From positions 7,068,001 through 7,132,000 of the forward strand of contig JAQFVV010000005.1 of NCBI GenBank assembly GCA_028023455.1: a DNA stretch of 64,000 nt, read 5' to 3'. The first letter of the stretch is position 1; every line of letters begins with the position of its first letter. The stretch comes from Epiperipatus broadwayi. Taxonomy: Eukaryota; Animalia; Onychophora. The notes under the pieces are model-generated. The model searched no databases. It was not told where the DNA came from and worked only from the letters and a program-made list of their open reading frames with translations. Position numbers and translations under genes: made by a program. Positions 12,857-25,860 of the stretch are shown piece after piece.

Positions 12857-14189
12857 TGATGATGATATAATAAAAACCATTAGTATTTAAAAAAAAGGAA
12901 AAATGGTTTCTACTCTCTCATCTATAAAATTTTTAACTGAATTTTATGTATTGACTTTTTTATTATTTTTATATGTTGTATTTAGATGGGCAGCAATTCA
13001 TGTTATAAACTTCAGTTCTAAAACATATTACATACCATTATTCTGATTGCTCTAATGACAAAAGCTGAATCACAAGTAGCTGTTGGACTAATTTAATTTA
13101 TTGCAGAAAATGTGACAGATTATAGGCTAATAATAGGTCATTTTAAGTACCTTTATGACTATTTATTAGAGTAATTACAGTTTTGTAGTCTTTCTTAACA
13201 GTTATGAATTAAATAATTTACATTATGCAAAAAAAATATCTTGATATGTTTAACAATGACTGGTTCTTTTGTGAAATTACTTCAAATACTCACAGATATG
13301 TTTATTGACTTACAATAATATTCAAGTGCTAAAAATTTACTGAACCTTTATAACCTGGTTGGGAAAAAGTCCCAATGAAAATAATTGATGTCATTTTTTT
13401 TTTAAAAAAAAATTGTTTTTAATCTTAAAATTTTAATTGATATTATGGTTAAAATTTTTAATCTTTTGAAATATAGATAGAATAATGTGAATATTATTCC
13501 AAAACATTGCAAGTACAAGATCTTCAGAATCATTTGAATTGATTATACTGTTGTAATCAGTGAGCTTTCATTATGAAGTTCTGTGGGTCTACATTATTTG
13601 TAGAAATAATATAGTTAAATATTTTTATTTTTAAATTTATTGACAGACCATCAATCAGAATAATCTGTTTTCAAGTAATTATTTTTATCTAAAATTAATC
13701 TGAAAGTATTTATCAAAAATATAATAATTAAGATATGAATATATGTGTGTATATATATAATTTCTAAGTTTTATGATGAAAATAACTTATTTACTATAAA
13801 AGGATGTTATGTTTTAATCTTTATTTAAATGAGGTTGTAGAGAAATTTAGATCAAAGAATTCATTTTTAAAATATTCATCAGAAAAAAAGAAACATTTTC
13901 CAATTTAACCTTTTTGTTAACTTAATGACAAAAATATCTCTAAATTATCAAAACAATACTTTAAATATAAAACAAAATATTCATAAAAGTAAAAAGTAGC
14001 TTCTTTTTGGTGTGAATTTTATTTGGAATATGTCTGAAGAAAATAAATTTTTACTTGAGTTTAAAATGCTTTAGTAATATTTTGTGAGTGAAACATGTAT
14101 TTGAAAAGTGTTGAAATTTTTTAAAATAATTCAGGCACTATAAAAATATTTTCCATGTAGTTCTTGTGATTATAACACCGATGAAGAAA

Positions 14190-16180
14190 ATAATTTTAAA
14201 AAGCATGATAATTACAAAGTTTTTACATGATTACAAAAGTGCTGTGAAAAGCCGTTCAAAAAAAATACAGAAGAATCTGTCTGGCAGAAGCACCTTTTCA
14301 TTGCAGAATAGATGAGTATAATTCTATTGTGAAAAAATGTTTAAAATTACATGAAAAAACATATACTTGAGTGAAATCGCATCATTGTTGTTTGTATAAT
14401 TGTAATACTGAAATCTGATTTAATAATTGACTATTGTATATATACAGGAGAACAACTTTATTAATACAGTGTGTTCCTAAAACTTCTATGAAAAGTAAAA
14501 ATTCATGAAAGAGCACATAATGGGAAAGTTTTGTATATAACTATAACACATGCAACAAAAATATAAGCAATTTATGTTACTGTAAGACTGATATTAAGAA
14601 TCATATAAAAGTAAATAAAATTATACATACTGGTAAAATATAATTTCATTTTGGGTTTTGCATTTACAAAACTGTCAACATTATGTCCAAGTACATGAAA
14701 GCATATATATAAGTGAAAAGCTTTTTTATTGTGACATCCATGATTATAAAAGTGATGACAAAGATGTATGGAAATAAATGAACTAACATTATAAACTAAA
14801 AGTTAATTAATTAATACATACATTAAAAATCATTCTAATGCAGATTATATATTTATAAAAATACCGTTAAGGAATAAGTGAAATTCCATGAAAGTATTCA
14901 TGCTGAAGAAAAACGTTTCCTTTTCACTTTATATAATTATATGATTGCAATTATAGATTGCTTAAAAATTCAATGAAATGTACATTCTGGAAAAAGCATT
15001 TCCAAAGCAGAATGGTTGATTTTAGGACTTCTATAAAACATAGTTTAAAAGTTTATGAACAACATATTCATGAGAAAAACTTTGCTGCTACTTATGTAAT
15101 TAAAAAACTGCCATTAAGAATCAGTTACAATTTACTGAATGTATATATACTGGAGAAAATCATTTCAATGCAATTTTTTGATTACAAGACTGCTGTAAAA
15201 CATTATATAAAAAAATATGAACAAACAATATGCTAATAATGTATTTGTTTTTATTGATGTGTTTGTGATTACAGGTTATTGATGGAAATTGCATACAGGA
15301 AAAAAAAACATTTTGAATGCAAATGCATGATTGCAAGTGTGCTGATGATAAAAATGCATGAATATACTAACACATTGAAAACTTTCACATTGAAAACTTT
15401 CCAATTCAACCTATGTATGTTTAAAACTACTTATAAGAATAAATTACTATATTTTGTGTGATTATTAGGCTACTTATTGTTTAAAGTTATATGAATGTAT
15501 ATCTTTTTATTGCATCTTCTATGATTATCTACATACCCTGAAAAACAATTTTAAAAAAGCATAAAAAAATACGCAAGAAAAACTTTTTTCTCTGCAACAT
15601 TTGCAAATTATATGACTGCTGATAAATATATATTTAAAAATATGTGATGTTCATATCGAAGAGAAAAAAATTTCATTACACTATGTGCAGTTATAAAACT
15701 ACTATTAAAAAATGTTTAAATTTACATGTAAAACCAATAGAGATACAACTTGGATTGCTTAATGTGTGATTACAGAACTGCTAACGAAGACAATTGGGCC
15801 ATACATCAAATAATACATTTGATATAAAGTTTTTGCACTGCATGTTTTTATATTTAGAATGCTGGTAAAAAAATTATTTTAAAGGTGATGAAAGAAACAC
15901 ATCGTGGAGAAAAAATTGGTTTGACAAATCCTAATATATATATATATAGGTTGCCTTGACAACATTGATATTGTTGATTGTTATTGATATTGAGATTATC
16001 TAAAAGTTTGATGGATTTTTATGGATATATATATAATACACATCAAAGGTCTGTTACTATTGAATTGCTTAAGTAACACTTCTCTGATTACAAATTGCTG
16101 AATATAGCATTTTGAAAACTCATGAAACTAGTCATTTCACTGATTATCAGATTTTTGAGATTGTCATACACTTCATGTGA
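14190..16180 (+). pseudogene. Decayed C2H2 zinc-finger array paralog
   Basis: Recurrent TGTGATTATAAAACT / CATGAAAGAACA / GGAGAAAA finger remnants with many stops and indels. Ends ..HETSHFTDYQIFEIVIHFM*, homologous to the tails of the two intact genes. Confidence 0.7.
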
Positions 16181-19100
16181 GAAATAATTTATATTTAATT
16201 TTGACTAGCTGATAATGTTAAAAATTTCACCATGTCCTTAAATAATACATGAATTTATCCTCTATCCAGTTAAAAAACAAGGAACTTTGACTAGAATTTT
16301 TTCATATGGCAAAAAATTCTTTTATCTTTTGAAATGTAATTAGTCAAAAAATTGGCTTTGTCAGAGCATCTGTTGTATAATAATTCTAATTATATGATAG
16401 GATTTATTATGTGCATTTACAGAATCATGTTTCTAACAAAAGGTGTTTATCTAATTTGTTGAAATCTCTTGAGAAAAAGCTTGTGCTATATTATAATTAA
16501 ACATAATAAACAAATTAGACAATTTAGCAGATCTACAAAATAGATTTTGAAGATATGCTTATAATAAATTATATAGTTGCTAATTGACTTTATATATGTA
16601 GGAAGTTGAAAACTGATGATGAAAATAGTGATAAATATATTAGTGCCAGAATTATCAATACTTCATAGATTTGATTTTAATCAAATATTACTTAGTGGTT
16701 ATTTAACATTAGATTTAAAAAAAGAAAATTAATAGTTAATTTGGTATTATTTTATATTAAGGATAGTTGTAGATGTGGATTACAATAAAATGAAAAGATA
16801 CAAATTGAAATTTTTAATGAAAAATAAGATTGTTATTAAGGAATCAATAAGAAGAAATAGAATTGTGCAACATTTTCTAAAAATATGCTAAAAAAAACTG
16901 ATAAAGATAAATAATGGAAGTCAGATATTGCATGGAATGGAAAAGCTCAAAGATGGTTCTTTAGTTTGAATGGAATAAAGAGTTTTAAAGATAGTCTAAT
17001 CACATAATTAATTCTTGGGGTTGACTTTTTAAAGAGTAGTTTAAAGAAATATAAAATTCTAAAATAATTATTTTTTTATTATAATAGATATTTTTGTTCT
17101 GCAATAAATTCTTAATACAAATAAATGTGTTTCCAAGACAATTCTCTTTACCTACTCTTGATTCATCTATCTTAAGCCTGAACAATTATCGCTAATAGAT
17201 GGTAAATTCATATAATCTTTAAATCCCCAGTGATTCCTTCATTAATATTGTTTCAAACTGAATGAAAACTAACTCATTTATGCATTTCAAACTTTCTTAT
17301 GCATTCAAACTAAATAATGTGAAATCAAGAATAGTTATTGTTTTGAATCTAAATTAATTTCATTTTATTGTTGGCATAGATATCTATGTACCAGAATTTT
17401 CATCAACTAGGTATAGCATATGCTATTCCTATTTAATTATATGTCATGGGTAATAATTAGTGGTCAAAACCTTTTAAACTGATAATAGTCTTTTTTAATA
17501 TTTCAGATTAATTTTGTTATGACATAATGAATTTATTTTTTTGTAAATTCTCAAACATTAATTTGAATTGAATATTTGCTTAGTATTCATAATTAAAACT
17601 AAGACTATGAAGTGGGTTATTTGGTGAGATTTATATAATAGTTATGCATTTGTTGGACTGTAAATCTAATTTATTGTGGTTTATTTTTCCTAGTATCCAC
17701 TGTAGTAATGATTTTTTTTTATTTCAGAAAAAAAAGTTTTAAAGCAAGATGATAAAACTATAGTTTGATAGAAATGGTATTTCATGTTGGTTTTTACAGT
17801 GAATTTCTGATATAACTGAATGAAGAATAATTTTTTAATATAATTTTGTAAATGGATATTTGTTACAATATTAAAAACAAAATTTTATATTAAATGTAAT
17901 GAACTTGTTTCTCTCTTTGATTTTAATTGCTATTTCAACAAGAGTCGACTATTTGTTTTTAATTAGAATCATCTATGTTGAATCTAATTCCTATTTCTGT
18001 AGCTAAGATATGTGCTTAATTCCACATCTATATACCAATAATAAATAGCATGCCAATCAGTAATAAAGAAAGATTTATTTTGCAACAACAATCCACATGA
18101 GTAAAAAAAAAACTCCGGAAACTATGGTCAAATTATTTACCAGGATAATTTTTGCTGTTGCCCTTTAATTAGTAGAGAATATAGTTTGTGACTGTAACCA
18201 CCAGAAGATGGTCAATAAGTAGCTACTATTTTAAGGATCATTTAGGCATTGACATGTGGGCTCTATTAACTATACATGATTACATGCAATAGTCAATTTT
18301 ATTTATTAGCACAGTGATCATTTGAAGTTTAATCAGAAGGGATTACACCTTACACATGTGTTGTAATAGTGATTAAATTACATATGATTACTGCTTTAGT
18401 AAATAAAATTGAATTATATAGTTTCTAAAATTTGGTAATATAAACAGATAGTAAATTAAAGATTTTCATGAACATTAATAGAGAGAAATTAATGGAGGTA
18501 AAGTGAATAATAAAACATCTTCATGCTTTCAAACCAGAATGCTTTAGATTGGGCCATATAATTGAATTTAAGTACAAAGATAAGACAGCTGCTCTTATCT
18601 TTTTTCAAAGTCTATCTTGTGCTTTGGTTTGAGATTATCTTCTGTACTCAACCAAACATCGTTGAGCTATTATAACAATATTACAATGCATGTGCATAGG
18701 ATGTAAATCATTTCTGATTAAATATCAAGATTACATGCATAATTCCGGAACAGAATGATGTAAAATGAAATTCTATTGTGATATGTATTAAAAATATAAG
18801 CTAGAGAATCCATTGTGGAGATGCAATTTATATATAAATATTTTACTTTTTGAACTTTATTTTGAAATATGTATTTGGTTGGTAAACATCTTCCATTACA
18901 TTTTTCTGAACATTATTGCTTATTTTGGATCATGTTATCAGAATGAAATGTCGAGTAAAAAAATAAGGTTTTGTTATATATCTTTTGAATTTCTGACTTT
19001 ACATACCTTTCTTAATTTGCTCAGTATAATTTAATTCTTTATGCCTACCTCTGATTTTATGTTTTGATGCACATTTTAAAAAATATATTTGTCAAAAGAA

Positions 19101-19209
19101 TAATCATTGTTTTTTTTTAAAATATATTGTCTCATGTAAAACATGTTTAACAATGCTTAAAATATTTTTTTTTGTTTAGGTTGGCCATAATTCACATTAA
19201 AAAAAGGTT

Positions 19210-19616
19210 GCAGTTCTAAACATTTCAATATAGTTTGTGTGGTTGCAAAACTGCAGTGAAGCAATTTAAAAATTTATGAAAAGAACTAACTCATACAGAT
19301 GTAAACCCATTTGCTTGTAATTGTTGTAAGTACAAAACTATATTAAAATGTAGTGGTGAAAGCACATGAAAGAACACAGACATGAGAAAGTCCTTCCCAT
19401 TGTAGGTTTTGTGATTAAAAAGCTGCTGCAAAAAATATTTAAAAGTTCATATTACTGGGAAACACAAGCCTAAAAGTGCATGAAAGAGCACATGCGGAGG
19501 GAAAATTATTTCAGTGTAGCTTGCACAATTAAAAGACCATTGAATAAAAATATGAATATACATAGGAGTAAAACCTATTAATTGTAATTTTTAGGTACAA
19601 AGCTATTAGCAATTAT
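19210..19616 (+). pseudogene. Decayed zinc-finger repeats immediately 5' of the intact ZNF ORF
   Basis: Broken finger remnants (CATGAAAGAACA, CATTGTAGGTTTTGTGATTAA, IGVKPINCNF*) at roughly 84-bp spacing, with frameshifts. Confidence 0.7.
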
Positions 19617-22301
19617 TTGAAGATGCCTGATAGCACAGGTACAGGAGAAAAACCTTTCCACTGTAGCTCTTGCAATTATGAAGCTGCTGGGAAAAGAAGT
19701 TTAAAGATACATGAAAGAACACACAAGGGAGAAAAACCATTGGAGTGTAGAAAGACCATTGGAAATGCTCGATTAAAAAATGAATATTCTCATATTGGTG
19801 CAAAACCATTTCATTGTAATTTTTGTGGGTACAAAACTTCATTAAAAGGTAATTTACAAATGCATGAAAGAACGCATACAGGAGAAAAACCATTTCACTG
19901 TAACTTCTGCAATTACCAAGCTGCTACAAACGGAACTTTAAAAGTACACGAAAGAACACACACAGGTGAAAAACCATTGCAGTGTAGATTATGTGATTAC
20001 AAGACCATTGGGAATAGTCAATTAAAATATCATGAATACTCCCATACCAGTGTAAAACCATTTCATTGTAATTTTTGTGAGTACAAAACTGCAGCGAAAG
20101 GTAATTTAGAAACTCATGAAAGAACCCACACAGGAGAAAAACCGTTTCACTGTAGCTTGTGCAATTACCAAGCAGCTACAAAAGGAAGTCTAAAAGGACA
20201 TGAACGAACACACACAAGGGAAAAACCATTCCAATGTAGATTGTGTGATTACAAGACCATTGGAAATAGTCAATTAAAATATCATGAATATTCTCATGGA
20301 AAAGCAAAACCATTTCATTGTAATTTTTGTGAATACAAAACTGCAGTGAAAAGTAATTTGAAAATACATGGAAGAACACATACAGGAGAAAAACCTTTTC
20401 ACTGTAGCTTATGCAATTACCAGGCTGCTGCAGAAGGAAGTTTAAGGCTACACAAAAAAATACATTCTGGAGAAAAACCATTGCAGTGTAGCTTATGCGA
20501 TTACAAAACCATCGACAAAACTCAATTAAAAATTCATGCACATTCTCACACAAGTACAAAAGCATTTCATTGCAATTTTTGTGAGTACAAAACTGCATCG
20601 AAAGGTAATTTGAAAGTTCATGAAAGAACACATACAGGGGAAAAACCTTTTCACTGTAGTTTGTGCAATTACCAAGCTGCCACAAAAGGAAGTTTAAAGA
20701 TACATGAAAAAATACATTCCGGAGAAAAAGCATTACAGTGCAGCTTATGTGACTACAAGACCATTGACAAAACCCAATTAAAAATTCATGCCTATTGTCA
20801 CACAGGTACAAAACCATTTCATTGTAATTTTTGTGGGTACAAAACTGCATTGAAAGGCAATTTACAAATGCACGAAAGAACACATACAGGAGAAAAACCT
20901 TTTCAGTGCAGCTTTTGCAATTACCAAGCTGCTACAAAAGGAAGTTTGAAAGGACATGAGAGAACACACACACAGGAAAAACCATTCCAATGTAGATTTT
21001 GTGATTACAACACCATTGCCAATAGTCAATTAAAATATCATGAATATTCTCATGCAGAAGCAAAACCATTTCATTGTAATTTTTGTGGCTACAAAACTGC
21101 ATTGAAAAGTAATTTGAAAATTCATGAAAGAACACATACAGGAGAAAAACCCTTTCACTGCAGCTTGTGCAATTATCAAGCTGCTGCAAAAGGAAGTTTA
21201 AAGATACACGAAAAAATACATTCTGGAGAAAAAGCATTACAGTGTAGCTTATGTGATTACAAGACCATTGATAAAACTAAATTAAAAGTTCATGCATATT
21301 CTCACACAGAAGCAAAACAATTTCATTGTAATTTTTGCAGGTACAAAACTACAGTAAAATGTAATTTGAAAATTCATGAAAGAACCCATACAGGAGAAAA
21401 ACCTTTTCATTGCAGCTTATGCAATTACCAAGCAGCTTCAAAAGGACCTTTAAAGATACATGAAAGAATACATACAGGTGAAAAACATTTCCAATGTACT
21501 TTGTGTGATTACAAGACCAATGGGGGAAAACAATTAAAAATTCATAAATATTCTCACTTAAGGGTAAAACCTTTTCATTGTAATTTTTGTGAGTACAAAA
21601 CTGCAATGGAAGGAAAATTGAAAATTCATGAAAGAATACATTCTGGAGAAAAAACATTACAGTGTAGCTTGTGTGATTACAATACCATTGACAAAACTCA
21701 ATTAAAAAATCATGAATATTCTCATACTGAAAAAAAACCATTACAGTGTAGCTTGTGTGATTACAAGACCATTGACAAAACTCAATTAAAAAATCATGAA
21801 TATTATCATACTGGTGAAAAACCATTTCAATGTAATATTTGTGATTACAAAACTGCAATAAAACAGAGTTTTAGAAAGCACGTGGTAATGCATAAATATG
21901 TTGCTCACACATGTAATGTTGGTAATTTTAGAACTACATACAAAACTACTTTTAAAAGGCATCAAATAACACATATAGAAAAAAAACACTTCCACAGTCC
22001 ATTTTGTAAATGCAATCCTGCTGTAAAATGTGACATAACGGTGAATGAATTAACATTTGGTGGAGGAAATCCTCAGAATGGTTTGATTAAACTTAAAGCA
22101 TATGTTCATGTGAATTATTCTCCAAACACTAGGCAGAATAAACAAAAAGTGATATGCATTCCAAAATATAATCCAAATAATGAAATGTTTAAATGTAATT
22201 TATGTGATTATAAAGATGCTGAAAACAGTGTTTTGATAAGTCATGAAGCTAATCATTTCACTGATTATGACACTGTTGAGATCCTTGCACAATTGACATA
22301 A
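19617..22301 (+). CDS. Poly-C2H2 zinc-finger protein (~27 intact fingers, TGEKP linkers); first ATG at 19623, true 5' end uncertain
   Basis: Uninterrupted 894-codon ORF of 28-aa CxxC...HxxxH repeats, followed by a spacer, one terminal finger and the tail HFTDYDTVEILAQLT. Confidence 0.9.
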   Translation: MKMPDSTGTGEKPFHCSSCNYEAAGKRSLKIHERTHKGEKPLECRKTIGNARLKNEYSHIGAKPFHCNFCGYKTSLKGNLQMHERTHTGEKPFHCNFCNYQAATNGTLKVHERTHTGEKPLQCRLCDYKTIGNSQLKYHEYSHTSVKPFHCNFCEYKTAAKGNLETHERTHTGEKPFHCSLCNYQAATKGSLKGHERTHTREKPFQCRLCDYKTIGNSQLKYHEYSHGKAKPFHCNFCEYKTAVKSNLKIHGRTHTGEKPFHCSLCNYQAAAEGSLRLHKKIHSGEKPLQCSLCDYKTIDKTQLKIHAHSHTSTKAFHCNFCEYKTASKGNLKVHERTHTGEKPFHCSLCNYQAATKGSLKIHEKIHSGEKALQCSLCDYKTIDKTQLKIHAYCHTGTKPFHCNFCGYKTALKGNLQMHERTHTGEKPFQCSFCNYQAATKGSLKGHERTHTQEKPFQCRFCDYNTIANSQLKYHEYSHAEAKPFHCNFCGYKTALKSNLKIHERTHTGEKPFHCSLCNYQAAAKGSLKIHEKIHSGEKALQCSLCDYKTIDKTKLKVHAYSHTEAKQFHCNFCRYKTTVKCNLKIHERTHTGEKPFHCSLCNYQAASKGPLKIHERIHTGEKHFQCTLCDYKTNGGKQLKIHKYSHLRVKPFHCNFCEYKTAMEGKLKIHERIHSGEKTLQCSLCDYNTIDKTQLKNHEYSHTEKKPLQCSLCDYKTIDKTQLKNHEYYHTGEKPFQCNICDYKTAIKQSFRKHVVMHKYVAHTCNVGNFRTTYKTTFKRHQITHIEKKHFHSPFCKCNPAVKCDITVNELTFGGGNPQNGLIKLKAYVHVNYSPNTRQNKQKVICIPKYNPNNEMFKCNLCDYKDAENSVLISHEANHFTDYDTVEILAQLT

Positions 22302-23444
22302 GTACAAAAGTTTTTTGTATATGAAAAAAATATTACTGATTAAAATTTTTTTTGGGTTACGCAAAATAATCATGTTTACAAGAATTTATTACATTCTTTA
22401 GTATAGAGTAAACAATTTGTACCATATTGTACACAAGCAAATAATTAATTAACATGACCATGTGTAAGATTGATTTTGAAGATCAGCTTATAATAAATTA
22501 TTTAGCTGATGATTGTTTGATTTATTTAAAAAGTTGAATTATTGATCATGGAAATAATGTTAGAGGAAATTAAATTGATAAAGTAATGGATGAGTAGACT
22601 TAATAAAAGTATAAATCTATGATTTAAAAATGAAACTTTATGAATATTTAATTTGACTTCATTTTACATTAAGCACAGGGATAGGTAATTAAAAAAATAT
22701 AATAAATGCAAATTTAGAAGAGAATGAAAAAATATAAATTCAAATTTTTTAAAAGTATTGGTGAAATACAAAATAATTTATTACAAAATACATTAAAAGA
22801 AAGTGGAAATGAATTGGACAATTATTTAATGGAAAGCCAAGTAAGAAAATATGTTAAACATTATTTGTAAATGAAAGGTATTGAAAAGTAGATCAAGAAG
22901 TAGAAAGGTTTGGAAATGGAAATTTAGTAGTGATGTGTAATAAGGAATTTCCAATGAGTTTAATAACAATTATTTCTTTAGGGTATTTTAAGAGGGTCTT
23001 TTAAAAAATATCAATTTTCTATGTGTGAAATAGATATTTTATATTGTAGTAGATATTCCCTGTCCCCAACACCTTTTTAATCAAGGAATTTTTTTTACCT
23101 TACTTACTGAAGAGAAAATATTGTAAGTTTCAGTTCCCCAGACCGATTTCAACATTTTGTCTTCTTCAAAGGTAAAAGTAAATTCTGAAGCTAATGCATT
23201 TTTATACATATAACAATCCCATATTTTATTTAATGTAATATGAATTGGTAGTATCTATGGAATTTTTTAAAGATTTATCAATAATTTGATTTGTTTATAC
23301 AACTATTATTAGCTTCAATGTTGACTTTTTACACAGGATTCTGCAAAATCTATTTTAATTTCATTTTTTAACTATGAAAATATTAATGTAATGGAGAAAA
23401 AATGTTATTTTATTTGAAAGTGACTAATGAAATACAACATCATT

Positions 23445-23705
23445 TGAAGGATTGAAAGACAAGTGCATTGGACTGGACATATTTCTAGAAAAGATGATAA
23501 TAGATGGACAGTTAAAACCTTAAATGGCATTCCAGAGGAATTGTAAAAGGCCTAGAAAGAGTCTACATGTGAGAGTCACGGATGAAATAAAAAAAGTGTG
23601 CAGAGGTGATGTAGAGAGGAGAGACTAGAGATAGAGGAGATAGATTGAACTTGGATAGATCATAATGCAGTGAATTAATAATGGTTGAAAATGATGAATA
23701 ATAAT
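23445..23705 (+). mobile_element. 5'-truncated 3' fragment of the RTE family
   Basis: Aligns to 12615-12865 (W.GH..R.DDNRW...), ends in a decayed GAT/AAT tail. Located where the two segmental copies stop aligning. Confidence 0.8.
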
Positions 23706-25299
23706 AATAACATGGGCAGTTTTATGTTCCCATATATATACAAAAGGAACCAAATATTCAAATTATTTCATATTTTAAATCTAAAATATGAATAAATAAT
23801 GTGATAATAAATACACTGGTATTGATAACATCAATCAGTTATAAATTGGGCATGAAGAATAGCAAACAGCCTTTGCTTCTAAGTAAACAATCACTATGGA
23901 AAGTGTGACAAAGTCACTTTATCATGCAGTTTTTTTTATTTTCAATTAAGTTAAAAATTGAGAGTTATCTGAAATTACATGCAAATTAATTGCTTTGACA
24001 AATTAATTTATCCTAATTTTTTTAAATAATAATTGTTGCAAAAAATGTATTGGATTAGTATAAATAATGAGTCCCATACTTATTTAAGGCTTCAAAATAT
24101 GAATCATATAAAAGAGGAAATGTAATACTGTTATTGTTGTCTAGCTTGACTGATAAATCTTAAATAAAACTTGGACAGCAAAATATGTATCAAGATGACT
24201 TAAGTAGGAATGATGAAAAGAATAGATTGAGTAATAAGAAGTAGGAATTGACAAATTCAGAAGGCAAATGCCATGAAAGTATGTACAGATATGATCAATA
24301 ACCAATTGATGTTGTAGATGAAAAGAAAAGTGAGAGATGGATCATTGATAAGCTTAGTAATGCCTAAAAGCAAAAGGAAGTTACCGATTATTTTAGTCTC
24401 TCCATTTACATGTAGCCCAATAAGTGAAGAATTGACTGTGATTCTTACTTAAATATAAAAATGTTCAATAAGAAGTTGGATATTTACAATGTGAGATAAA
24501 TTATATCCAAGGTAATAAATCTATAAAATAAATTATATAAGTCAGTGGAAATAGCCAAATTAATATTTGTTATATTTAGGATTTCAAAATTTACTTTTTG
24601 CAATTTCAGCATGTTGAATTTTACTTATAACATTTGAATATAAGCATAATAATATGAATTTGGTGCATTTTTCACTGTAAATGTTTATGTAAATATATAT
24701 ATGTGCTCATAACACTCTAGTGACAAAAAGTCTAAATCTGGCCCTATTTGTTAGTTTTTAATGATATGATGTAAAAATGATTTTTGAATAATCTTTTTCT
24801 TTAAAAAATCAAATCAGGAATAATAGTTATAATATTTTGTGAGTCCTCTGAAATTTAATACTTTTTTTATGCAAATTTTTTTTTTCTTTCCACAAATCAA
24901 ATCATTAATATTATATGTTTATATTGTTTGTTGCATTTACACAACTTTAATCATTGGTATTTGTTCATCTCTTATATGGTATTGAGGTTGTATTTTTGGA
25001 GAAAAAGGTGTAAAGATCTTAAAAAGAGTAAGTGTGAAATTGTGGCATAAAAATAAAACAAATCTTTGAATGGAAAGATAGATTTTTCAATGTGAATTAT
25101 GTTTTTTTTAATATATGAGTTATATATTTACATTTTACTTTTATATTGTCAACATTTATTAATATCTATATTTTTTCACTTTTCATTCATTTCTGAGTTT
25201 TAAAAGATCCTGTTCTTATTTTTTAAAAAACAGTTATTTTTTCACTAGCTATTATACAGATTATATTTTGAGTTTTTGTATGTTTATTTTTATACAGGC

Positions 25300-25860
25300 A
25301 CAATATATATTACTTTTCCTTCCATTTACCCTTTTCTATTGACTATAATCCTATTTATTATTTTACTCCAATTTTTCTTATCACCTCTAAAATTACAATT
25401 CACTATCAACAATTCAGCCTAATTTACTTCTTTTTAATCAAATTTGTCTTTTTTCCATTTCCATTAAAATTTTTATTAACATATTTTTCAAAAGGGCTCA
25501 ACCATCATGTAGTAATCCATGCAACTCATTTGTTTTTCTATACAATCTTTACTTCCATACATAAATTTTCTTCATATATAGATCTAATTTTTCTTTTAAT
25601 TCTTTACTTAAAATTCTTTTCCTACTTTGTTTCAAACATATTACTTTATTATCATTTGTTAATCATATTGCATATTTCCCATAAAATGTGAAAATTTCAT
25701 ATATATTAAAAAGAATTTTTCCAAAATTATTATAAGTACTTATTTATTCCCTTTCATCATTTATTTCAAATCCTAAGTACGTCTGAAATGTTTTTATATT
25801 CATCTTATATTCATTCTCTTTTCAATATTTTTTTCTTTATGCTCATTAACTTACCAAAAT
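25300..25860 (-). mobile_element. Decayed LINE RT C-terminal fragment
   Basis: The minus strand gives FQTYLGFEINDEG-like and HGLLHDG-like remnants of RTE-type C-termini; very decayed. Confidence 0.4.

Larger units (their letters stand above)
9651..12864 (+). mobile_element. Full-length RTE-clade non-LTR retrotransposon (frameshifted)
   Basis: 11-bp TSD ATATAATAAAA (9640-9650, 12865-12875), (GAT)n 3' tail, ~250-nt 5' UTR, APE followed by RT. Confidence 0.95.

Noticed and set aside
10319-12880. Minus-strand ORFs over the RTE
   Set aside because: Antisense shadows of the real ORF, with no motifs.
17150-17230. SDNCSG motif on the minus strand, suggestive of a Sola-type transposase
   Set aside because: A single short motif with no supporting flanking similarity.
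19606-21995. Minus-strand ORFs over ZNF gene 1 (and 45672-47098 over gene 2)
   Set aside because: Antisense shadows of the repetitive finger codon pattern.
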